Of a DNA stretch of 64,000 nt, positions 53,470 to 64,000 are shown piece by piece; position 1 is the first letter of the stretch; each line of letters begins with the position of its first letter. The notes below the pieces were generated by a model. The model made no database searches. It saw only the letters and a list, made by a program, of their open reading frames with translations, and was not told the DNA's origin. Both the position numbers and the translations under genes were made by a program. Source of the stretch: Octopus sinensis (Eukaryota); the NCBI RefSeq assembly GCF_006345805.1, contig NC_042998.1, positions 142,290,001-142,354,000 on the forward strand, in the 5' to 3' direction.

Positions 53470-55665
53470 ATAATTAACCTCTTATGACATCTCCCCTTTT
53501 TGACAATTAAACTCCGTCCAGAGTTTAATATCTCTTAAGCTTAGGGTCTAATTCCAGCATTTCCGTTCTTTTCCTTTTTCTGGTACTTGAACGTGTAGTT
53601 TCAATTTGTTTGGGTGTTGGTACCTCGAACGTATCATAAAAAAACTTCCATGGGAATTACATCTCTCGTAACAGTTTCTTCCGTAAATCTTTTTTTTAAA
53701 TTGGTTTACATGTCTTTTACGTTCAATTTGTTTTCCTTTTACCAAGAATAACATTTTCCCAATTTGTTTGATTTCCCGTCCTCTCAGCTTTCTTTACCAT
53801 ATCTATACGTTTTTAAAAAAAACTTTGTCTCCTATCTTGAAAAGTTTTGAATTATATTGTTCACCATTTTTCATTTTTTACTCGGTAACAACTTGTCAAA
53901 GACGGATCTAAAATTTCTAGTGAACATTAATTCCGCAGGTGACATTCCAGATGGGTTATTGAGATTAGGTGTTACTCGGTGCACTCTTAGAAATTGTTGA
54001 AATGCTAGGTCATCCATTACTTCATTGCTCGCCTTTTTTAAATCCCTCTTAAAAGTATCAGCAAAACGCACCTCTTGTCCAGTGGAGTGGTCACATGTTC
54101 GATAACGAACGTTTTACAACATTTTTTTAACTCATGTGAAGTAAACTGAGTTCCATTATCAAACACAATGGTATCAGGAATACCATATCTGGCGAGCATT
54201 TCCTGTAAGAGTTTTACTGTAACCGCGAATGTCGGCTTTTTATACTTACACACTTCAAAACACTTCAAAAAAACTATCTACCACAAAGTAATATGAACCG
54301 TTAAGCGGGCCAGAGTAATCAACATGCAGTCTAGACCATGGGATATCTGTTTTTGGCCACAGTTGCCATTTTGTGGTAGGTGATTTTGCTGCTGGCGATC
54401 AACCTCTGCAGGCTTTCAATAGTTCTTCAATGTCACGGTCCAATCTTGGCCAATACACTTAACTTCACATTAACGATTTCATTCTCGAAATCCCTGAGTA
54501 GCCCATATGAAATTCCTTTAGTAATCGCTTCTGTTGTGTGGCTGGCACCACCATTCTTTGTGCGTACAATAACACATTGTCACAAATTCAGAACGGGTTA
54601 GAATTTGTGTTGCGTTTAGCAAAACGGATATTTTTATCTTTCTTCTCAGCCCTCAAAATTTCTTTCATTTTTTTTTATAAATTCATTGTTTTCGGATTTT
54701 AATTTTATGTCTTGTAATTCACGAATGACATTACATAAAACATTTTTTATTTCATTTTCAGCTCGCAACGTTGCAGTTACGGTATCCTCAAATGCTTCAG
54801 TCTTTTTCGGTATCAATCTTGACAATCAGCGTGTCCTAATTTCTTAGATGGAGTAAACTCCATCTTAAAATCATTTAGTAATATAGTACACCAGCGTTGC
54901 AACCTATTTACCGTATGGATAGGGATTCCTTTCTTCGACCCATATGCTAGATAATAACGAGCAATGACCAGTCTGTAGTCGAAAATTTCTACCGTGTAAA
55001 AATTTATGAAATTCTTTTACGGCAAAAATATTCGCTTGAACCTCTTTTTCAATTTGGCTGTATTTTTTTTACCTGTAGGTAATAGCGAACGTGAGACATG
55101 AACTACAGTCTTCATGTTACCATCTTATGTAGCATTACTGTTCCGATACCTACTACAATATCCATTACAGGATCGAAGTGTGCTAAAGAAAAATCAGATG
55201 TTAATATCTTTTTACTTTCATCGAACACCTGACAATTTTCAGACCAATTCCACTTTACGTCTTTTTCTTAGTAGATTATTTAGAGGAGCTCTTACTTTGT
55301 GCATATTTGATATATAAATCTGATAATAGTTTACAAGTCCACAAAAAGCTTGTAAAGTAGATATATATGTCGGACAGGGCATATTTTTAATTGCATCTGG
55401 TCGACGACCGTTTTTATCAATGATTTGTCCTAAATACTTAATTTTAGGTAAGAAAAATGCACATTTCTTCTCAGTGTGAAACCGTATTCTCTTATTTTAT
55501 CAAAAACACGTTTTACATGCTCAACATGCTGATTACAGGATTCGCTTTTAATTAATATATCACCCAGGTAGCCCATCACGAAGACACACTCTGCAAGATT
55601 CGTGTCCATCTTTTGTTGGACTATAGCCCGATCAGCTTTTATGCTAAGCGGAAACCGGATACATT
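53470..55665 (-). mobile_element. Gypsy LTR retrotransposon pol remnant (RT-RNaseH-integrase) with PPT
   Basis: YLGDILI, IKYLGQII, YSQIEKE, NRLQRW, PWSRLHVDYSGP, YGIPDTIVFDNGTQFTS, SPAELMF; PPT AAAAAGGGGAGA before TG. LTRs not recognisable. Confidence 0.85.
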
Positions 55666-55884
55666 TTCAGATCTTTATGGATATCAATTGTTAGAATTTG
55701 GTAAATTTTTCTTCCACTTATATTATTAAGTAAGCATATTTATTCTCTACCTATATTCTTCTAACTACTTTTACTCTTTATTCTTCTATTTTACTATTTT
55801 TATTCTTCTATTTTATTCCTTATAAACTGTGAGTTTTATTCCTTGTAAACTGTAAATTTTCCCCGTCTAAAATATTCATATCTT

Positions 55885-55960
55885 GTCTCTGATGACGGGA
55901 TACCCAGTGCACGGACATGGTAACCAACCACTTGGGTTATCTCTGAAACGGCTGTAAGAC
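55885..55960 (+). ncRNA. Candidate minimal type I hammerhead ribozyme
   Basis: GTCT-CTGATGA-c-GGGATACCCAGTG...CACTTGGGTTATCTC-t-GAAA-CGGCTGT-A-AGAC. Confidence 0.65.
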
Positions 55961-56120
55961 TTCAAATTTACCTTACCCTAATTAAATTATTGTAAATGAC
56001 TTGAGATACTCGTTTTACCTTTGCTCTGATTTTTCCTCTAATATAATATATACATACTATAGCAGAACTCTAACACGGATTCCTGGATTGTGTGTGTGGT
56101 GTGTGTGTGTGTGTGTGTGT

Positions 56121-56157
<37 letters not shown>

Positions 56158-56159
56158 CT

Positions 56160-56330
56160 GTGTGTGTGTCTGTGTTTGTCCTCCCCCGCTATCGCTTGAC
56201 AACCGATGCTGTGTGTTTACGCTCCCGTAACTTAACGGTTCGGCAAAAGAGATACAAGGCTTACAAAAATAAAGTTCTGGAATCGATTTCTTCGACTAAA
56301 ACTCTTTACTGAAACAAGTAAAAGAATAAA
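56160..56330 (+). mobile_element. SINE family A, 3' half
   Basis: GTGTTTGTCC...CGCTTGACAACCGATGC...CGGTTCGGCAAAAGAGA...ACTGAAACAAGTAAAAG. Confidence 0.7.
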
Positions 56331-56414
56331 TGAATATATATACATATATATAAATATACCCACACACGCACACACGCACATGTATACACATACATATGCA
56401 CACTTACACAAACA

Positions 56415-56450
<36 letters not shown>

Positions 56451-57084
56451 TACATGTATATATATATATATATGTGTGTGTATGTATATGTGTATATATC
56501 CATATATATTTACATATATATATATATATATATATATATCATAAAAGATAAAAGCCACCAACCACCAGAAAACAACGCCATATTTTTATCTATGTTAAAG
56601 TTCTACTTAATACATGAAAAATATTAAAAGTCGAATGTATTCATGAAAAATTAAAAATGAAACGTTTCAAGCAGGCAAAAAGGAAACTACTTTTTTCATT
56701 AGAATTTTTCATTTTGCATTTTGTCTTTTATTGCAGCTTATAATAAAGTAATAATAAAATTGGAAATGGTTGGAAAAGAATTCCATAATATATCACATAT
56801 TTTAAAGCATTTTAATAGATTCTTTTCGAGTTTTAAAATGCCTTCAATTGTTTTTCAACAGTTTTCCCGCTGTTGGCCCTTAAAAATTATCATGTGTTTC
56901 TATGTATGTATGTATGTATGCTTGTTTGTGTGCATGTATGTATGTGTATGTGCATATATATATATATATATATATGGATAACATATACAGATATACACAA
57001 TATATATATATACATATACATAAATGTAGAGTAATTATATTCATATTTATATATATATATGTATGTATATGTAAATGCCTGTAT

Positions 57085-57202
<118 letters not shown>

Positions 57203-57444
57203 AAACGTAGACACCACGCTTGGCGCTATTCATTTACTGCTGAATCGCTATAGCTCTCTGTTTTTTTCTTTTGTTTGGGTTTTTTTCTGTAGGAATGGAA
57301 TATTTCCAATAAGTTAACACTACATTACTACAAAAACTAGTGAGACCCTTGGAAATTCTTAATTCTTATAGACTTCATGTTATTTTGCTGCATAAATCTA
57401 TAAATGCTCATTATACTGGTTAACAATCTTTAATTTTTTACTTG

Positions 57445-57600
57445 TTTCAGCCGTTGGACTGTGCTCATGCTGGAGCACCGCCATACAGATTTTTTAGTCG
57501 AACAGATCGAACCCAGGACTTATTTCATTCTTAGATTATGGTACTTATTGTATGGCCCAACTGCTAAGATGTAAACAAACATACGCTGGCTGTCAAGCGG
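57445..57600 (-). mobile_element. SINE family A, 3' half
   Basis: TTTTACTTGTTTCAG...CATGCTGGAGCACCGCC...CCCAGGACTTATT. Confidence 0.65.
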
Positions 57601-57652
57601 CAGAAGGACACATACACACACACAGACACACACATACACACATATACATAAT

Positions 57653-57761
<109 letters not shown>

Positions 57762-57769
57762 CTTATGTC

Positions 57770-58190
57770 CATCTCCTATGTTCCAGCCTTTAGGCTTTCA
57801 CTTCAGACACGCCAGCTCAGTTTGATTCGTTCTCAGTCGAAAGACACATGTTATTATTTTTGTTGTTTGTATTCGTAATTGTGTACCATGTACTCCGTTT
57901 TTTTTTCTTTGTCTTCGTTGCCGTACAAATTCGCTACCTTTCTTACTAAGGAGTCTAATGCTCTTAGCTTAGATTTTTTGGGGGGCAACCAGATCAAACC
58001 ATCTCAAGTGTAACTGCCCGAAATGGTCGTGACTGCTGGAACTTGACTGAGGAAAGAAAGCCACGAATGACCCGTGTTTTTTTGCCTGTCCTTTTAATTG
58101 TTGTTTCCCTTATCTACCTTTGTATCTTTGTATCATCTACTTGTCCGAATGTTTTAATACTCTCTATTGCGTTTTTGTTCCATTTTTATA
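57770..58190. repeat. Second copy of the pLTR-like repeat at 30860-31100
   Basis: Shared CACGCCAGCT...GAAAGACA and CTGGAACT.GACTGAGGAAAG.AA.C..CGAAT. Confidence 0.55.
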
Positions 58191-59002
58191 TGTATGTATG
58201 TATATACAGACATACATACATACATACATACATACATACATACATACATCAAGGTCACCGCTACCAACCAACCCCATGAGCAGGACTGCCATTTACCAGT
58301 CCCCAACGTTTACCAATCCCTAATGCATACCAATTCCCAACACTTACCAATCCCCAACGCTTGTCTTGCGCATGTATACTTGCGCGTGTATACTTGCGTG
58401 TATACATGTGCACGCGCATGCGTGTGTGCGCGCACACTAATATGCATGCGTACATGCATGCGAATATACATATGTACATATGAATGAATATGCATGTGTA
58501 TGTGTATGTGTGTGCTTGTGTACGTATGCGTGCGTTTGTATGTGTGTGTTCGTCCAAGCGTGTATGTGTGTGTTTATGTCTATGTGCAGACGTGCGCGCC
58601 CATGTACAGACGAGCACATTCGCATCAATATACACATGCATGCAAAACTATATGAGTGCGTCTACGCACCCACATATAGAACTGTATACTTGCACATGCC
58701 GCCCTTTCCTACTTCACCCCCAGCAACCTGACCGACTTCTAGTCTATTTCCTGTCCTCCACGTGGTCAATTTCCTGTTCGGCATGCAGTATTTTCAAACT
58801 AACTGTTACCCATATATCAATATCAAACCACGACACCGCGTGACCTACCTCGACCAGTCGCAGCACACCTTACGGTAATAACAATCAACTTCTGTCATTC
58901 AAATTCCAAATGGCTGACGACTAGCATCACGCTTGAAACTCAAGAGTACCAACGAATTTGAATTAAACTGTTTTGATCCAAGTATATATATATAGTATAT
59001 TT

Positions 59003-59210
59003 AAAGTGGAAAACCGGCAGAAATCGTTAGCACGCCGGACAAAATACTTAGTGACATTTCTTCCGTGTCACGTTCAAATTCCGCCGAGGTCGGCTTCGTC
59101 TTTCATATTTTCAGCGATGAAATTGTACAAGTTATGCACTGGGGTCAATGTATAATCGACTAGCACCATCTCCTAAAATTTCAGGCCTTTTGGCTATAAT
59201 AGAAAGGATT
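59003..59210 (+). mobile_element. SINE family B
   Basis: AATCGTTAGCACGCCGG...GTTCAAATTCCGCCGAGGTCGGCTTCG...AAAATTTCAGGCC...GAAAGGATTAT. Confidence 0.75.
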
Positions 59211-59609
59211 ATATGTGTGTGTATGTGCGTGTGGTGTGCATTTAAACAAAAACAGGTGTAAAATTTCATTTAAATGTTTTACATTTTTTCTCGTTGATAG
59301 CTGCTTCTATTTTTCCATTTTTATTCATTTTAAAAATTCTAGAAGTGGTAGTTCTTTTCGATTGAATTCCATTGTAAGAAAATCCAGGCTCATGGAGGAA
59401 ACCGGTTATGTAATGTAAGTGAAAAATATGTAATGCATTTAAATGAATTTTATGCCTGCTTTTGTCTCTGTAATTTTTCTTAAAAGATTACAATAATTAT
59501 CTGAATGTTTTTGTGTATTTTCATAGTTTTACTTTATGTAACACAACCTGTATATCTAACCATTTTCACTATGTGTCTGTGTGTGCATGTATGTGTGTGT
59601 GTTGTGTGT

Positions 59610-59647
<38 letters not shown>

Positions 59648-60632
59648 ATATGTGTGTGTGTGTTCACGTGCGTAAAGCGCGAGACGTAACCAAAGTTTGG
59701 GACTCAGTAGTAGGTTTCACACTCCATGCTGGTATCCAGTGCAGTACGAGTCAGAGTCAAGCCATGGGATAGGCTAGTGTGCGGAATATGAACCGCGTAA
59801 AAGTATTAATAAAATTCAGAAGGCATATACGGTATTTTATGCTTTATAAAACACGCATTTTGTCAAACTGCTGCCAGGATTTTATAATTAATTGTTGAAA
59901 CATTATATAATCTTGTTGAAATATTTCTTTGGTGTTATGCAAAAAATACAAGGAATAAGTTTTAAATGCTCAATGTAGTGCCCCGTTTTACAAGATATTA
60001 AATGTAAGTTTTTTTCTCACTTCTATGGAATGAAACTGAAGAAATAAAGCTTGAAGAGAAAGAATAAGATGATATAGGCAAAAGATGAGAGAAGAACAAA
60101 GAGAAAAGAAATAAGAGAAAGCCTGAAACAAAAGACAAGAGCCAACATGTCTGAGGACGAGCATACAAGTTACTAACGGTATCCAAGAGAAGTTAACCAA
60201 TATGAGTGAGCAACGGAGTGATGACTTGATGGCATAAGAACAGTGTGTGGCGGGATAACAGGAGCGAAATACAAGCAGAATATGATGAGAAAACATGAGC
60301 GAAAAAGAGTTGCTTAATTGCTTAATCTGAGAAATATTTTAAAAAGAAATCAATGCCAGAAACGATTTGGAATTCTCAGAATTCATCAGCATCAACGAAT
60401 TTATTTATTCGTTGTCTAATTTATTACCATCAAAATCTTAAAGGTATGGCTCTGTGGTTCAGAAGCTCATTTCATCAATCACATGGTTTCGGGTTCAATC
60501 CTACATCGCGGTATCTTGGGCACACGTCTTGGAAGTCAAGAGTACCAACGAATTTGAATCAACCTAATTTGTTCCATCTATGTAACTCCCAATAAATTGG
60601 TCGAGTGCCCTTCTTTCGTTTGTCCACTCACT

Positions 60633-60673
<41 letters not shown>

Positions 60674-60883
60674 CTAGTCCCTTAATATTTGATATTCAAT
60701 ATTTCATCTCTTCAATAAGACAATCAATACTTCATTTCATTTTACTATATATACACTATTTATACTATATATTCTATATTCTACATTAATTATAAAGAAT
60801 ATAAATAAAATATAAGAAACAGACAGCGTTGGAATTCCTTTGAATAATATATATCCCTCTATATACAATCATACAAACCTCTT

Positions 60884-60928
<45 letters not shown>

Positions 60929-60930
60929 TA

Positions 60931-60962
<32 letters not shown>

Positions 60963-61068
60963 GGACCAAACTGTCTTAATCCATACATGTAACTCCCAAT
61001 AAATTGGTTGAGTGCCTTTCTTTCGTTTGTTCACTCACTCGTATGTATATACATCTATATAGCACATA

Positions 61069-61566
61069 AGCACATATTTCGCCTTAATGTACTGATATAT
61101 GGAAAATATATGGCTTGTGTTAGAAATACCAGCGATTATAATTATTTTTATTTTATCGCAATTTGATTTGTTTACATATTTCTCGATAAATTTTGAGCGC
61201 TAGACGATATACCAGAAATCCCTAGTTTTGTCGGGACGTTCGGAGTCTGCGCAGTGATCTGATTAGTTAGAGAGAGTAAATCATTAGAAGCACATGCTTC
61301 TAGTGAGTTAGGATCTCAGAAAAACAGGGCTTTCACTGATGAATTCTCCCTGAGCAAATAAATTATCTTTATTGATGAAAAGAAAGAAACTGCAGTCTGA
61401 GAAAAACCGAGTTAGTAAACGTTTTTATCTTCATTTCACTAAATTTATCTAGCTTCTGTGTTCCTAGCACATATTTCGCCTTAATGTACTGATATATGGA
61501 AAATATATGGCTTGTGTTAGAAATACCAGCGATTATAATTATTTTTATTTTATCGCAATTTGATTT

Positions 61567-61571
<5 letters not shown>
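61069..61571 (+). repeat. 503-bp unit bounded by a perfect 106-bp direct repeat (period 397)
   Basis: 61069-61174 equals 61466-61571 (AGCACATATTTCGCC...GATTTGTTTA). Confidence 0.9.
61331..61402 (+). ncRNA. Candidate minimal type I hammerhead ribozyme
   Basis: TTTCA-CTGATGA-a-TTCT...AGAA-a-GAAA-CTGCAGT-C-TGAGA; ACTGCAGT is a perfect palindrome; GUC site. Confidence 0.65.
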
Positions 61572-61600
<29 letters not shown>

Positions 61601-61662
61601 TAAAAAAATTAAACTGTCCTTCACATAGTGAATAAATTGTTTTATTGAAATCATTTCAAAAT

Positions 61663-61706
<44 letters not shown>

Positions 61707-62123
61707 TCGCTCTCTCTCTCTTTCTCTCTCTTGCTCTCTCTTTCTCTCTTTCTTTCAAATACGTACATACACACACATATATGTGCATGTGCGTGTGTAG
61801 TATACATACATATATACACATACACACACATACATATATACATTCATACATACATACATACATACGTACGTACGTACGTACGTACATACACACACGTAGT
61901 GTGTATGTGTGCATGTATGTATATAGAGCAGAGATGGAGTAGAGATGGAGTAAAGACGCAAATGGTGATTAAAGGACTTTGTCAAACCTGGCCGATTGAT
62001 AAATTGACCAAACGCTTAATCAAACGATCGAGTACTTAATTAGTTAAACGTTTAAACAGTTGGCTAATCGAAATAGAACCAGTGCGTGTGTTTATTATTG
62101 GCATACTGGGCCTACTGAGATAC

Positions 62124-62170
<47 letters not shown>

Positions 62171-62649
62171 CACACACACACACGCATTTAGATATTTGAG
62201 TTATATTTACAGATTACAAACTAGGATCACAAGATAAATTTGGGCTTATATTTTGAAATAAATCGTTGTGCTGATATATAAACCAAATTGGAAAAATGAA
62301 TGAAATACGAGATCTCTGTAGGAATCGAACCCACGCTTCGTTTGTTACTAGCTTTATGTAATTACTGCAACATCCTAATTCTTCCAACAATATTCACTTC
62401 TGCGTTTAACACTTTTACATTTTCACAAATTGAAAATCGTTTTTGAATCTTTACATATGTTTTCAGGTGCCATTTGATGGTAATCTGGCCTCTTTGATAT
62501 TCCATAGAACGTGATCGATATTCGATCACGGAATCTTTTAACTTCGTTTCAGAGATGAATAAACAAGAATTCAATAAGCCTTTACATTTTAAATAATAAT
62601 AACAATAGTACAATGCTGCGAAAAATATATTAGCAATATAAGAATGGAT

Positions 62650-62850
62650 AAGGACGACGAGCTGACAGAATCGTTTGTACACCGGGCAAAATGCTGAGCG
62701 GCATTCCGTCCGTCTTTATGTTCTGAGTTCAAAGTCTGCGAGGTCGAATTTGCATTTCATCCTTTCGAGGTCATAAAATATGTACCAGTTGATAACTGGG
62801 GTCGATGTAATCGACTTATCCCCTCCCCTGAAATTACTGGCTTTGTGCAT
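62650..62850 (+). mobile_element. SINE family B
   Basis: GACGAGCTGACAGAATCG...TTCTGAGTTCAAAG...TTGCATTTCATCCTTTCGAGGTC...GGGGTCGATGTAATCGAC. Confidence 0.75.
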
Positions 62851-62924
62851 CTCTGCTACACTCTCTATCGCTGCCAGTTTGCTCACTCGACAGCAAGATA
62901 CTTGTGTACACAAATACATTTCTT

Positions 62925-63517
62925 TACTGCATCATCACCGGTGATGAAAAATGGTGTCTTTGTAGCTGAGCCCGCAAGCAAGCAATACTTCGAAGCAAAC
63001 CAGAGCTACGTCCATGCAAGACAATACGCTATGTTTTGGTAATGTTGTGAAAGGCTAATCCACTATAAAATACTTGAAAACGAATACACAGTCAATGCAG
63101 AGCTTTGTGTTCAGCAAATGCACCAGGCCAACGAAGCAATCCAGCTGAAAGAACCCGACTGGCGATACGGCGTGCTTCGTCAACACGATAACACCCACCC
63201 TGGCATCGCTAATTTGACCAAAAATGCTATTCAAGAGCCTTCAGATTATGATCTTTTACGCTAGTTCTCCAACATTCTGAGAGTCGTTTCATTCAACAAC
63301 GACGTACAGCTAAAAACGTGGGTCACTGAATTCTTCTAGTCAAAACGCGGTGATTTCTCCCGTCAAAGCAATGACAAGGTAGTGGAATGTTAGCAAGAAG
63401 TAGTGAACAATAAAGGAGAATATATTATTGACTGATTTGTTAAAATTGTTGATGAAAAAAATAGGAATTAAAATAAATGTGAAAAAAAAATCAAGAGAAT
63501 TTATCTGAACAGCCCAA
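62925..63517 (+). mobile_element. Mariner transposase 3' remnant with terminus
   Basis: IITGDEKWC, HDNTHP, SDYDLL, VVNNKGEYIID; ends ATCTGAACAGCCCAA then TA. Confidence 0.8.
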
Positions 63518-64000
63518 TAAATAAATACATACGTATGTACGTACGTACGTACATACATACATACATACATACATACATACATACATACATACATACATAC
63601 ATACATACATACATACATACATACATACATGTGTGTGTATGTATTTTTATTTGGGTGTTAACCCAGGAATTTATCCTATTAAGTCCAGGCTATCAGACAG
63701 AAGGTAGTCCAGAGATTATTGTATCATACACATGCCTGAAAATCCACAAATATCTACAGAGTTTCTGTAATTATAACCAAGGAGAATGGAGTGAGAAAGT
63801 CCTTTTATTTCATCGATTTACAAATTGTTTCATCGAAAATCGATCTCATGAACATTGCTATATTATTATGCAATAATATATGCAACTATTGAAACATAAG
63901 GTGTCATAGATACAAAAGCGAAGATCGATTCTTCAGAATCATGCAGATTCTTCAAAATCAAGTTATTTACAGTGAACACTTGAGTTAACGATAACTTATA

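Noticed and set aside
60040-60310. Helitron-like N-terminal charged repeats (NMSEDE, NMSEQ)
   Set aside because: Low-complexity purine-rich DNA with stops; no Rep/helicase motifs or termini.
62310-62365. tRNA gene (GGGTTCGATTCC on the minus strand)
   Set aside because: B-box only, with no cloverleaf; likely a SINE head relic. The same applies to other SINE heads.

Overview
AT-rich, microsatellite-dense eukaryotic DNA. The repeat families suggest an octopod cephalopod (inference). I found no supportable host protein-coding gene, rRNA, tRNA gene or CRISPR array. The window is a patchwork of transposon remnants. Non-LTR retroelements include Tx1/L1-type, R4/Dong-type (RLE), RTE and CR1 LINEs and several Penelope-like (GIY-YIG) fragments. 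There is one Gypsy pol remnant, several DNA transposons (mariner, a DD37D maT element, hAT) and two abundant tRNA-derived SINE families. Three signals stand out. (1) A TSD-flanked, ORF1-only ('half-LINE', HAL1-like) retroelement family whose 3' terminus matches that of the local Tx1 LINE. (2) At least six minimal type I hammerhead-ribozyme motifs, most with self-complementary stem III. Three lie downstream of Penelope ORF ends, and one lies in a 397-bp unit with a perfect 106-bp terminal direct repeat (retrozyme-like). (3) Tx1 and R4/Dong copies sitting inside simple repeats, suggesting microsatellite targeting. All alignments and folds were done by eye; boundaries are approximate unless junction sequence is quoted.
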